Below are positions 51,059 to 61,463 of a stretch of 64,000 nt of DNA, piece after piece. This stretch comes from Nitrospinales bacterium. GTDB lineage: Bacteria > Nitrospinota > Nitrospinia > Nitrospinales > VA-1. Made by a program: the position numbers and the translations under genes. The stretch lies in the NCBI GenBank assembly GCA_965223345.1, contig CBDCWG010000001.1, positions 190,846 through 254,845 on the forward strand, given 5' to 3'. Positions within the stretch are counted from its first letter, which is position 1. The number at the start of each line of letters is the position of its first letter. The notes under the pieces were generated by a model. It made no database searches, was not told the DNA's origin, and worked only from the letters and a program-made list of their open reading frames with translations.

Positions 51059-53092
51059 TCAACCCTTACGCCGGATCGTGTACTCGCGGTTGACCGGGAA
51101 GGGGCGTTCGAGCACGCTCGTCTCTCCGGTGGACCAGCGCACTTCCACCCGCTCGACGGTTTCAAAACGGTCGAGCCCGAAATGCGCCACCGGCGCGTCG
51201 TTGGAGTGGAAGCCGCCTCCGGCCTTGATCTCGCGCATCTGGTGCCGTTCGCCTTCTGCGCCGTAGTGGAGGGTGATCACACAGCCGATGCAGAACCGGT
51301 TGCCCTTTGCGTCCCTAAGTTTGAAGGTGACGCTGTTTCCCTGTTCGTTGTTGTTGAAGTAAACCTTGAACGGGCCGTACTGCGTGTTGGCGACGATGTC
51401 GAGGTCCCCGTCCCGGTCGATATCGAGGTAGGTGTAGGACGAGCTGTGGTCGCGGTCTTTCAGGCCGAACGCCTCTTCGGCGGCGGCGAAGGTTTCGCCT
51501 TTCTGGTTGTGGAAAAAATTATTCGTGGCGAACTCCTGGGTGATCAGCACCCCGTTCACCACATACAGATCCTGCCATTCGTCGTTGTCCAGGTCCGCAA
51601 AGCGCGCGTTCCAGCTCCATTCGGCGGTGGTGACGCCCGCGCGTTCCGAGATGTCTTCGAATCCCGCACCGCTTGTGCCCATCAACAGAAGGTTCGACAG
51701 CGCCCGCTGCGGGATTTCATCGTCGCCGGTCGCAGCCACAGGCTCGGTCGTAAAAAATTTGCGGCACAGCGTCTGCCCGAGCGCGTGCCCGCGGTCGATC
51801 CTGTCGCACAGCGCGGCGTCCTTGCGTTCCGCCGCAAACAGCGCCAGCCGCGTCACCATGCAGTCCTTCACCAATCGGCGGTTCTCAAGGCGCACGCAGC
51901 GTTCCGAAACGTCCTGCTTTTCCGGATTGAGCAGCGTCACCAGCTGCACCAGATCGTGGCATTCCCCGCGCTCAAGCACACTCGCGCCCGAGTCGCAGAA
52001 TTCCCGCCCGGCCTCCCGCATGTCCTGCCCGAAAATATTGGACACCACGTCGATGCCTTTGGAGAAGCCGATGTTGGCGAGATAGATATCCGGGATCAGG
52101 TCGTTGTTGAAATCCCCCGTGTCGATGCTCATGGTGTTCTCGGTGCTGACCGGCAGCACGCCGTCCCGGCGCGTGATCTTTTTCAGCACCCCGTCGCCCG
52201 CGCCCTCGAAATAGGTGTCGGGCACCAGATAGTCGTTGCCCACCACCAGATCGGCGTTCGCGTTGCCGAGAAAATCCGACCACAGGATCGACTGCGTCTG
52301 GCCGGGGACGCCCGGCAGGGTTTTCAGCGTGAAATTCAGGTTGCGGTTGAGTACCAGTTGATCGATCGCGTTGGCGATCGGTTTGCGCGTCAGCACGCCG
52401 AGATGATAATTGCCGTTGGCGATGTCGAGGAACCCGTCGCGGTCGATGTCCGCGAACGCCGCGGCGTTGGTGAGCAGAACGTCGCCGTTGGGCACCCGCA
52501 GCACGCGCTTGTCTTTCCCTTCGGCAAGCGGGTTGAGGATGAGAAAGTTGCCGGTCTCGAACGTGGTCAGGAAAACGTCCAGCCAGCCGTCGTTGTCCAG
52601 GTCCACCAGCGCGATGTGGATGCCCTCCTGGCCGATGTCGGTTTTGAGATCCCAGCGCCATTGTTTGAAAGCCTTGCCGTCGATGTTCTGATACAGCGCA
52701 AACCCCCGGTCGGTGGCCACCGCGATGTCCGTCCAGCCGTCGCCGTCCACATCGCCCGAGGCGATGCCGCGGCCGAAGAAAAACGGATCGAAAAAGTTCT
52801 GTGGCGTCAGCTCGTTCCAGTAGCCGATGCCGATTTCAGGCGCGAGAATTTTTGTGAAGGGCAGCGGGCCGGTTTTTTGCCGGGCTTGATGCGGAGTGAA
52901 AGCCACCGAAATTCCGTCCGCCGTGAAAAAATCCTGGCTCGGCAGGGCGGTGGTCGGGTGGGGCGTGTCCGATGCGGCGGGCAAGGGTTCCACCTTGCGC
53001 TGCGACGGCGTCCCGGACGGCGCCGGGTCCGCGTCCGCCATCACCGCATCGTACTGCGACAGCCAGGCGATGTGGCGGTGCTCCGAGTAGGC
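51059..53092 (-). CDS. CRTAC1/ASPIC-UnbV FG-GAP repeat protein, 5'-truncated at junction
   Basis: FG-GAP repeats (GDVDGDGWTDI, DLDNDGWLD, DIDRDGFLDI), ASPIC/UnbV tail (HFGL...EVRW); residues upstream of ~53092 in the 742-aa ORF are off-frame phoX. Confidence 0.85.
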   Translation of the reverse strand, partial: AYSEHRHIAWLSQYDAVMADADPAPSGTPSQRKVEPLPAASDTPHPTTALPSQDFFTADGISVAFTPHQARQKTGPLPFTKILAPEIGIGYWNELTPQNFFDPFFFGRGIASGDVDGDGWTDIAVATDRGFALYQNIDGKAFKQWRWDLKTDIGQEGIHIALVDLDNDGWLDVFLTTFETGNFLILNPLAEGKDKRVLRVPNGDVLLTNAAAFADIDRDGFLDIANGNYHLGVLTRKPIANAIDQLVLNRNLNFTLKTLPGVPGQTQSILWSDFLGNANADLVVGNDYLVPDTYFEGAGDGVLKKITRRDGVLPVSTENTMSIDTGDFNNDLIPDIYLANIGFSKGIDVVSNIFGQDMREAGREFCDSGASVLERGECHDLVQLVTLLNPEKQDVSERCVRLENRRLVKDCMVTRLALFAAERKDAALCDRIDRGHALGQTLCRKFFTTEPVAATGDDEIPQRALSNLLLMGTSGAGFEDISERAGVTTAEWSWNARFADLDNDEWQDLYVVNGVLITQEFATNNFFHNQKGETFAAAEEAFGLKDRDHSSSYTYLDIDRDGDLDIVANTQYGPFKVYFNNNEQGNSVTFKLRDAKGNRFCIGCVITLHYGAEGERHQMREIKAGGGFHSNDAPVAHFGLDRFETVERVEVRWSTGETSVLERPFPVNREYTIRRKG

Positions 53093-53698
53093 CGACCGGG
53101 GTGTTGACGTGGATTCTGCGGTTGAGGCGGTCCCGAACGACCTGCCAGCGGCCGTTGCGCTCGGCCACCTCCACCACCGAGACGCCGTGAGCGGCCTGCG
53201 ACAGGCGCACGTCCTCCAACGACTCCGGGGCCTCCTTGCCAAGTACGTGGGTGTTGCGGCCGAACTCGTGGTTGATGCACAGCACACCGTGGTTGCGACC
53301 GAGCGGGTAGAACCACATGCCGTCGTGCCCGATTCCGATCTGCTTCTCCTGGTCGGCGGCTGACTTCGAGCCGTTCACATGCTCGGGGTAGGGCGCAAGG
53401 ATCGGCTCGCCCCAGGGATGAGCACCTGATACTCATAGTCGGCCGAGACAGCAGGCAGTGGGCCCGACCCGCCGGCGACCGGAACCGGGGTGAAGCCGAT
53501 GAGCGGCGCCCGGTGGCCGTTCTTCCGTCCGGGCCGTGCCCGGCCGGTCAGCGCCCCGGCCGTGCCTGCACCGAAGAAGATGGTGGCCCCGGTGGCCAAG
53601 CTTCCGCCGAGAACCTTCCGGCGCGAGATTCTGGCATACAGCACATCTTCAAACGGTCGATTGGCGGATGGGTTCGTCGCAATGTCGTCGACTGGCAT
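53093..53698 (-). pseudogene. phoX: PhoX-family alkaline phosphatase N-terminal fragment (frameshifted and truncated)
   Basis: Tat signal SRRKVL; QIGIGHDGMWF, LCINHE, AAHGVSVVE, NRRI; frameshift near 53415; AGGAGG SD. Confidence 0.85.
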
Positions 53699-53732
53699 AT
53701 CGTCCTCCTGGGTCACGTAGCCTCCGGGCTGG

Positions 53733-53798
53733 ACACTAAACAAGTGGGTTGTCGGCGGGGTTGCACGGAGGTGGACGCACTGTTGCCAGTGGCTGAAC
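53733..53798 (-). promoter_or_regulatory. Putative PHO-box array and -10 for phoX
   Basis: Minus-strand 11-nt units GTTCAGCCACT/GGCAACAGTGC/GTCCACCTCCG/TGCAACCCCGC, then TAGTGT. Confidence 0.5.
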
Positions 53799-53849
53799 CC
53801 TTGACTGACGCCCGGTTCCCATCCCGACGCAGGGATCGCCACCGTGATT

Positions 53850-53890
53850 GTTCAACTGGTGGTCACCCACCGGCCAACTCGGCCTAATGT
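53850..53890 (+). promoter_or_regulatory. Actinobacterial-type PHO box and -10
   Basis: 11-nt direct repeat units GTTCAACTGGT/GGTCACCCACC/GGCCAACTCGG, then TAATGT. Confidence 0.65.
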
Positions 53891-53942
53891 CCGCGTAGGG
53901 CGCCTCGGCTACAACCACAGGTATCTAGCTTCGGAGGCAGCC

Positions 53943-55575
53943 TTGAAACTGAATCAGTTCAACCTTGTGTCGCGGGCGATGGCGATACTTCTCACCTTGT
54001 CCTTGGTCACCTCGTCGCTCGTTGGAACGGCCGATGCTGCCGGCGGGGACTACTTCGAGCCGTTGGCCACGTTCGACGTGATGGCCGGCAACGGTTCGGC
54101 GGTGGCCGAGATCGTCGCATTTGCGGCAGGCGGCAATCTGCTGGTCTACACCGACGGCGACAATCAACAGATCGGTCTGGTCGACGTCGCTCGACTCGAC
54201 GACCCACAGGGCCTTGGGGTCATCGACATGCCCGGTGAACCGACGAGCCTGGCGACGACCGGGCCACTTGCGCTCGTCGCCGTGAACACGTCCGAATCGT
54301 TCGTCGAGCCGTCGGGCTCGCTGGTCGTGCTCAACCTCAGGTCGCGAAAGGTGTTGACGACGATCGACCTGGGCGGCCAACCCGACTCGATGGCCGTTTC
54401 ACCGGACGGCAAGACGGCGGCCGTGGTGATCGAGAACGAGCGCGACGAGGATCTGAACGACGGCCTCATTCCCCAACTGCCCGGTGGCGGGCTCGCCATC
54501 GTCTCGCTCAAGGGCAACCCGTCGACCTGGACGGTCACCATGGCCGATCTGTCCCCGGTGGCGGCGTCAGCGTTCGCCGGGTCCGACCTTGAGCCGGAGT
54601 TCGTCGACATCAACGCCGAAAACGAGGCGGTCGTCACCTTCCAGGAGAACAACCACCTTGCGGTCGTCGACCTGGGGTCCGGAAGCACGATCTCCCATTT
54701 CCCGGCCGGCGAGGTCTCACTTACCAACGTCGACACCGAAGAGGAGGATCTGATCAACCTCGACTCCGACATCACCAAACGTCGCGAGCCCGACGCGGTG
54801 GCCTGGATCGACGCCGATACCTTCGCCACCGCCAACGAAGGCGACTACGAGGACGCAAACGGTGAAGAGGGTGGAAGTCGCGGCTTCACCGTCTTCCACC
54901 AGGACGGAACCGTGGCCTACGAGTCGGCCGAAACGTTCGAGCATCTGCTGGTCGCCGCCGGCCACTACAACGAGGGTCGATCGGAGAACAAGGGTGTGGA
55001 GCCCGAGTCGGTCGAGGTCGGGGTGTACGGAAAGCGGACCTTGCTCTTCGTCGGGTCGGAACGTTCGAACGCCGTTGGCGTCTACGACGTAACCTCAGGC
55101 ACGCCGGTGCTGCAGCAGCTCCTGCCCACGGGCATCGGGCCCGAAGGGCTGGCCGCCAATCCCAAGCGGAAGCTCTTCGTCGCCTCAACCGAGGCCGACG
55201 AGGCCGACGACGGCATTCCCACGATGATCAACATCTACCGTCTCGGAGCCGCTGGCCCGTCCTACCCCATGATCTCCTCCGCGCCCGACGCCAACGGCAC
55301 CCCCGTACCGTGGGTGGCGCTGTCCGGTCTCGCTCCGGATCCGAGCGACCCCGATGTTGTGTATGCCGTGAGCGACTCGTTCCTGGCCGAAGGTTTCGTC
55401 TACACCATCGACGTCTCGTCGATCCCGGCCCTGATCATCGATCGCACGCAGATCACCGGTGCGACCGGGTCGCTCGACCTGGAGGGGATCGCTGTCGCTC
55501 CGGACGGAACCTGGTACCTGGCCAGCGAGGGCCGGGCCGGTGATCGGCCGAACCAGATCGTCGTCGTCGATCCGC
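53943..55575 (+). CDS. Secreted choice-of-anchor-I / esterase-like-activity-of-phytase protein, 3'-truncated at junction
   Basis: TTG start with GGAGG SD, signal peptide, GQPDS, IENE, EPE, TANEG, NKGVEPE, GPEG, then ALSGL..SD..DLEGIA..ASEG. Confidence 0.82.
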
Positions 55576-56612
55576 AGGCCGATGGGGAGCGAAGGATCGA
55601 GAACCTCGACGAATTGATCTACGATGCCGTCGAATTTGACACGGAACAGATTGACAACAAACCGCCAAGCGGCGAACCGCTAAGTGGCGAAGTGCCAAGT
55701 GTGATCGGCCGGGCGAACGGTTTCGGTGGCCTCGATGCGTATCTTGAGCACGTTGCTTTGGTCAGCGATGTCGACCGATGGCATGGCGAGGAGGACAGGG
55801 TCACTTTAATGACCCTACATGCGGCCAAGGGACTCGAGTTTCCATATGTCTTTATCGTTGGCGCCGAACAAGGGATCATCCCAAGTTCGTGGGCTGTCCA
55901 AGATGGTGATCCCAATGCACTGGAAGAAGAGCGTCGGCTTTTCTTTGTTGGGATGACCCGCGCCGAATCGGAGCTGCATATCAGTTTGGCACGACTCCGC
56001 GGCCAGCGTGGCGAATTGCGTCCGTCGGTCGGTAGTTCGTTTCTCATGGAACTGCCGCATGATGAACTCGATGTCGTCGAGTATGGGGACACGGGGCCTT
56101 ACCGAGTGATTGCCGAGTATGATGTCGACGACTCGGATGGGACCGATTGCGACGGGAGTGAACAAGCTCGCGAGCTGAATCGAAGCTTTGCGGCTGGTTC
56201 TCTCCCTCCCCGTCCTAGGCAATTGGATCGGTCCCGGGTCCCCTCGGTGCGTAATTCCTCGTCGCGCGCTGATACATTACCCTCCATTACAACCGCCGCC
56301 GCGATGTTGGGCCAACGGAGTGGGGCGGACGGAGAATCGGACGCGCCAGCGGAACATGATAGGGACGTGCCGTTGGGCCATGGTGGATCGGGGCTTCGCG
56401 CCCCTTCGTCACGTGGCAAGTCGGATCGTCGAGATGTCCCCCAGGTATCGGTCGGTGATACCGTGGTCCATCCCGAATTGGGGCCTGGTAAGGTCGTGCG
56501 GTTACGGCAAGGACTACGCGAAACGGCTACCGTGCAGTTTGCGCTCAGCGGGGAACAGAGAAGCTTCGTGGTGTCGGAAAGCTTATTGCGCGTTGTGCCA
56601 CGCAGTGAATAG
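55576..56612 (+). CDS. C-terminal part of UvrD/PcrA DNA helicase (5'-truncated)
   Basis: RIENLDEL, VTLMTLHAAKGLEF, EEERRLFFVGMTRA, SSFLMEL, Tudor-like VHPELGPGKV. Confidence 0.9.
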
Positions 56613-56627
56613 CGGTCGTCGGTCGGG

Positions 56628-58136
56628 GTGACGCGAGTGAGTGACTTCATCAAGATAGCCCAGCTTCGTAGCGCGGGGGAATTGCGGGATCGTTGGCGGC
56701 AGCTCGGCTGGGATGTACCGGTCGACGACGACATTTTGACCGCCGAGGATGCATCGCCCATCGCCACGCCGATGGCATTCGGCCGGTCGACGGTCGGCAA
56801 TCGTTGGTGCATCCATCCGATGGAAGGGTGGGATGCCAACCCCGATGGGAGTCCGTCGGAGCATACACTCCAACGGTGGAAGAAGTTCGGCGAGAGTGGT
56901 GCCAAATTGATTTGGGGTGGTGAGGCGGCTGCGGTACGGCGCGATGGACGCGCGAATCCCCGGCAGACACTCGGTACGTCCGACAATCGGTTCGGCTTGG
57001 AGCGGCTGCTTCAGACCACGCGTCAGTCGCATCGGGACTCCGGCTGGGATGACCGTGACCTGGTCGTCGGACTGCAGCTGACACATTCGGGGCGGTTCAG
57101 TGTCGATGGTGAAGGACGACGCGCGCCACGATTAGCCTATCACCACCCCTACCTCGATTCCCATTTCGGTATCGACCCTCATGATCCCAAGCTCGTTTGG
57201 GCCGACGGAGAATTACCGGAACTGATCGATGCCTACGTTACGGCCGCGCAGTTGGCTGCCTCAGTTGGCTATCAATTCGTTGACGTCAAGGCGTGTCATG
57301 GATATCTGCTACATGAGTTTCTCAGTGCTCGACTTCGGCCCGGTCCCTATGGTGGCGACTTGGTTGGTAGGTCGCGGCTATTACGGGAGATCATCGAAGC
57401 GATTCGGGCTGCCTGTCCCCAAGTCGACATTGGAGTACGTATCAGCCTGTTCGATCGGCCGCCATATGGACCGTCTGGCGAACCGATCGTGACCGACGGT
57501 GATCTCCCCTACCAATGTGGCTTCGGACTCGATCCAACCGCTCCCTCGACCATCGATCTGACCGAGCCACTTGCCCTGATCGAAATGTTGGTTGATCTGG
57601 GCGTGGTGGCGGTCAACGTGTCGGCCGGCAGTCCCTACTACTGCCCTCACGTGCAACGTCCGGCGGCCTTTCCACCCAGCGATGGCTATCCTCCCCCCGA
57701 GGATCCCCTGGTCGGCGTGGCGCGGCAACTTGTCGCGACACGCCAGGTAAAAAAGCGCTTTCCCGATTTGCCACTGGTCGGAACCGCCTACAGCTATTTA
57801 CAGGACTATGTGCCGCACGTTGCGCAGGCGATCATACGAGCAGGCTGGGCCGATAGCGTCGGCTTGGGAAGGATGGTTTTGTCGTATCCCGAGTTGCCAG
57901 CCGACGTTTTGCTGGGACGTACTTGGCAGCGGAAGCGGGTATGTCGTACCTTTAGCGACTGTACGACGGCGCCCCGGCACGGACTTGTTTCCGGATGCTA
58001 TCCGCTCGATCCTTACTACAAGTCGCTACCGGAAGCGAAGCAACTTAGGCAGGTCAAGGCCGTTCGGCGCAAGGAACGATGGATCTCCGTAACGACACGG
58101 CAGAGGGTGATAACGCCTTGGAAACGGCAACGGTGA
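56628..58136 (+). CDS. NADH:flavin oxidoreductase (Old Yellow Enzyme superfamily)
   Basis: HPMEGWD, QLTHSGR, DVKACHGYLLHE, C-terminal CRTFSDC..GC. Confidence 0.9.
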   Translation: MTRVSDFIKIAQLRSAGELRDRWRQLGWDVPVDDDILTAEDASPIATPMAFGRSTVGNRWCIHPMEGWDANPDGSPSEHTLQRWKKFGESGAKLIWGGEAAAVRRDGRANPRQTLGTSDNRFGLERLLQTTRQSHRDSGWDDRDLVVGLQLTHSGRFSVDGEGRRAPRLAYHHPYLDSHFGIDPHDPKLVWADGELPELIDAYVTAAQLAASVGYQFVDVKACHGYLLHEFLSARLRPGPYGGDLVGRSRLLREIIEAIRAACPQVDIGVRISLFDRPPYGPSGEPIVTDGDLPYQCGFGLDPTAPSTIDLTEPLALIEMLVDLGVVAVNVSAGSPYYCPHVQRPAAFPPSDGYPPPEDPLVGVARQLVATRQVKKRFPDLPLVGTAYSYLQDYVPHVAQAIIRAGWADSVGLGRMVLSYPELPADVLLGRTWQRKRVCRTFSDCTTAPRHGLVSGCYPLDPYYKSLPEAKQLRQVKAVRRKERWISVTTRQRVITPWKRQR

Positions 58137-61100
58137 CAGATCATTCCGCGCGCGATGTCGATCCGCGTGTGCGTCACATTGTCGTGACGCTGCGCGACGC
58201 CGTCGATTTTACTTCGACCCCATCGGTCGAACCGAATCGATCGTGCCGGCCCCTCGTCTTAGACAACGCCGTCGGAACCTCCGGCTTGGCGGTGCTGGCC
58301 GGTGCACTCGACCGGGCATATCGCCATCTCTTGGTGATTTGCAGCGACGCAAATCAAGCAGAGACATGCGCCGACGACCTTGCGCTCTTTTCGCCAATCG
58401 AACCCCGGTTTTTCCCGCTGCTCTTGGATGAGAGTGTTCGCGACGAGTCACTCGGACAGCGACTCCAAGTCGTCAAATGGTTGATGGGACGGCCAACGCG
58501 GGGCATGACGATCACACATGCTGCCGCTCTCATGCAGACCGTCCCGGGCGAGGGGCAACTGCGCCAGACCAGCCGAACCTTGGAGGTTGGTCAGTCGCTC
58601 GACCGCGACGAACTGGTGGAGTGGCTCGTTGCGGCGGGGTACCAACCGACCGCCGGTGTTGAGTTTCCCGGCGAGTTCGCTCAGCGTGGCGGATTGCTCG
58701 ATGTCTTTTCGGTCGATGCGATCGATCCAGTGCGCATCGAATTGTTTGGCGACGAGATCGAGAGCCTGCGTACGTTTCACGTCGAGTCACAAAGGAGCTT
58801 GCAACAATGCGAAGTTGTGGAGCTCATGTCAATGACTGAGTCGCGCGACATCACCGACGCTTCCCTGCTCGATTATCTGCCGGACGATACGCTGGTGGCG
58901 ATCGTCGAACCCGATAAGACGGAGGGGGAGGCGGCGGCCTATGAGATGCGGCATCCACAGGCCGAACATCTGATCGGCTGGCGGACTCTCTGCACGCAGT
59001 TCGAGCCGTTTGGGCTCTGTTTGCTCTACCAACTCGCCCCCCATGCCGACGGTGCCATGGTCCGTTTGCCGGTGGGTGGAGTCGAACGGTTCAGCGGCGA
59101 CTGGGCACACGTCAAGTCGGAGTTGCAACGCGCGGTGACCGATCTCGACCGGATCACGGTCGTTTGCCAAACACAGGGTGAACGGAAGCGGTTGGAGCAT
59201 CTATTTCGCGAGTCGGTTTCTGAACAAGCCAGCCGATTCGAGGTCGTTACGGGACGGTTGTCGGCCGGATTCCAATTGGCCGAACAGCGCGAAGTTATTC
59301 TCAGTAGCTCTCAGATGTTTCGCCGAAGCGAGACTTCACGCCGGCGCGTCAAACGGCATCGCGGCAAAGCGATACAGAGTTTTCTCGATTTGCGCGAAGG
59401 CGATTTGGTTGTCCATCTAGCGCATGGTATCGGACGATACCTTGGCCTCAAAGAGATCGAAAAGCAGGGGCAACAAGAGGAGCACCTGGAAGTCGAATTC
59501 CATGGGGGCACGCGCGTCTACGTCCCCGCGACACGAATTGATTTGGTACAGAAGTACGTCGGCGGACGCAAGGCTCGTCCAAAGTTGGCGCGAATCGGGG
59601 GGCGCGTGTGGCAGCAACAGAAAAAAGCTGCCGAACGGGCGGTCGAGAACTTAGCGCACGATCTGTTGGAACTCCAGGCCGAACGTGCCAGTCAGCCCGG
59701 AATCGGGTTTGGCGAGGATACCGAGTGGCAGCACGAATTCGACGCCGCGTTCCCGTATCAAGAGACGCCCGACCAGCTTGCCGCCGCCGACGATATCAAG
59801 GGAGACTTGGCATCTGGCCGACCGATGGACCGGTTGCTCTGTGGCGATGTTGGCTTCGGGAAGACAGAACTCGCAATGCGCGCCGCCTTCAAGGCAGTTG
59901 ACAGCGGGTACCAAGTCGCAATCTTGGCACCGACCACGATCCTGGTCGAGCAGCACTTCCACACGTTTACCGAGCGTATGGCCGAGTATCCGTTTCGGAT
60001 CGCCAAGTTGAGCCGGTTCTGTTCGGCTGCCGAGACGCGAAACGTGATCGCACAAGTAAAAGACGGAGGTATCGATATTGTGATCGGTACCCACCGTCTC
60101 GCCTCGAAAGATGTCGGCTTTCGCAACCTGGGGTTGCTGGTCATCGACGAGGAGCAGCGGTTTGGTGTATCGGTCAAGGAACGCCTCAAACAACTGCGTG
60201 CAAGTGTCAATGTGTTAACTCTGAGCGCCACACCGATCCCGCGCACTCTGCACATGTCGCTAACTGGCATGCGTGACATCTCAAATCTGGAAACGGCTCC
60301 GGAAGAACGCGTACCTGTCGAGACGCGTGTAACGCGTTGGAGCGATACTTTGATCCGCGACGCCGTACAACGCGAACTCGATCGTGGTGGACAAATCTTT
60401 TTCGTCCACAATCGAGTGCAAGACATCCAGTCCGTTGCTGCCAAGATCCAGCGAATCGTGCCAGAGGCGAAGATCGGGATTGGCCATGGTCAAATGCCGG
60501 AGCATGACCTGGAGGAGATTATGACCGATTTTATTGAGCACCGATTCGACCTGTTGCTTTCGACGACGATCGTGGAAAGCGGGCTTGACATTCCCAATGC
60601 GAACACGATGTTCATTGACGAAGCGCACCGCTACGGGCTGGCCGAACTTCATCAGCTTCGAGGGCGCGTTGGCCGGTACAAGCACCACGCCTATTGTTAT
60701 CTGTTGCTTGATCCCCGCGGATCGGTGACACCGGCGTCTGCACGAAGATTACAGGCAATTCAGGAGTTTAGCGCGATGGGGGCCGGTTTCGCCATCGCCA
60801 TGCGAGACCTCGAGATACGGGGCGCAGGTAATATTCTGGGGACACAACAGAGCGGTCACATTGCCACGGTCGGTTATGAACTCTATTGCCAATTGCTCGA
60901 AGCGGCGGTGCGGCGCCTTCGCAAGTTGCCACCCAAGGCGCGACCGGAGGTAATCGTTGATCTACCGGGTGTGACGTTGATCCCACGTGACTACGTCCCA
61001 GACCTCCGCGCTAAGATCGATCTCTATCGCCGGATCAATCAGATCGACAGCGACGATGCGATCCGACTCTTAGTGGACGAACTCGTTGATCGATTTGGGC

Positions 61101-61363
61101 CGGTCCCGCGTGCGCTAACGCGTCTGTTAGATCACGCCCGGTTAAAGCTCGACGCCGCCCTTTGGTCAATCGATACCGTGCGGTGGGAAGCGCCGTTCCT
61201 ACTCTTTGCCTTCCGTGATCCACAGCGGATCGATCAGCTTGTCCGTGCGCATCGAGGTCAACTCCGCCGGGTAGGAGGGCGAGAGCTCTGTTGGCAGCTG
61301 CCGCCAGATGCCACCGTTGACACGATTGGGCAGGCCGCGAAATCTGTGTTGCAGCCGGCATGA
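58133..61363 (+). CDS. mfd: Transcription-repair coupling factor Mfd
   Basis: RGGLLDVF, RID (VVHLAHGIG), MDRLLCGDVGFGKT, DEEQRFG, SATPIPRT, QLRGRVGR, TRG; start 58133 (GTGA overlap) or 58079. Confidence 0.97.
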   Translation: MTDHSARDVDPRVRHIVVTLRDAVDFTSTPSVEPNRSCRPLVLDNAVGTSGLAVLAGALDRAYRHLLVICSDANQAETCADDLALFSPIEPRFFPLLLDESVRDESLGQRLQVVKWLMGRPTRGMTITHAAALMQTVPGEGQLRQTSRTLEVGQSLDRDELVEWLVAAGYQPTAGVEFPGEFAQRGGLLDVFSVDAIDPVRIELFGDEIESLRTFHVESQRSLQQCEVVELMSMTESRDITDASLLDYLPDDTLVAIVEPDKTEGEAAAYEMRHPQAEHLIGWRTLCTQFEPFGLCLLYQLAPHADGAMVRLPVGGVERFSGDWAHVKSELQRAVTDLDRITVVCQTQGERKRLEHLFRESVSEQASRFEVVTGRLSAGFQLAEQREVILSSSQMFRRSETSRRRVKRHRGKAIQSFLDLREGDLVVHLAHGIGRYLGLKEIEKQGQQEEHLEVEFHGGTRVYVPATRIDLVQKYVGGRKARPKLARIGGRVWQQQKKAAERAVENLAHDLLELQAERASQPGIGFGEDTEWQHEFDAAFPYQETPDQLAAADDIKGDLASGRPMDRLLCGDVGFGKTELAMRAAFKAVDSGYQVAILAPTTILVEQHFHTFTERMAEYPFRIAKLSRFCSAAETRNVIAQVKDGGIDIVIGTHRLASKDVGFRNLGLLVIDEEQRFGVSVKERLKQLRASVNVLTLSATPIPRTLHMSLTGMRDISNLETAPEERVPVETRVTRWSDTLIRDAVQRELDRGGQIFFVHNRVQDIQSVAAKIQRIVPEAKIGIGHGQMPEHDLEEIMTDFIEHRFDLLLSTTIVESGLDIPNANTMFIDEAHRYGLAELHQLRGRVGRYKHHAYCYLLLDPRGSVTPASARRLQAIQEFSAMGAGFAIAMRDLEIRGAGNILGTQQSGHIATVGYELYCQLLEAAVRRLRKLPPKARPEVIVDLPGVTLIPRDYVPDLRAKIDLYRRINQIDSDDAIRLLVDELVDRFGPVPRALTRLLDHARLKLDAALWSIDTVRWEAPFLLFAFRDPQRIDQLVRAHRGQLRRVGGRELCWQLPPDATVDTIGQAAKSVLQPA

Positions 61364-61377
61364 TGCCTCCCTATAAT
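61349..61377 (+). promoter_or_regulatory. Promoter of PPIase gene
   Basis: TTGCAG-17-TATAAT. Confidence 0.6.
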
Positions 61378-61463
61378 CCGCCGCCACTCCGTAGAGTGCG
61401 GCGTGCCAACTGACGGTACGCCCGGAACAAGCTGAGCTTGCAATCGACGAGGGACCCGGACCG

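Noticed and set aside
52836-53378. N-terminus of the 742-aa ORF and C-terminus of the 180-aa ORF as real protein sequence
   Set aside because: Off-frame read-through across the 53,090 junction
53089-55582. 2.5-kb segment as a mobile element with a 7-bp target-site duplication
   Set aside because: No transposase or terminal inverted repeats, and removing it does not restore a gene because the flanks are CRTAC1 and UvrD
53844-56612. 922-aa ORF appearing to be a novel secreted phosphatase-UvrD helicase fusion
   Set aside because: Both halves are truncated, a signal peptide is incompatible with a helicase, and codon style changes at ~55,578; best explained as a junction artefact
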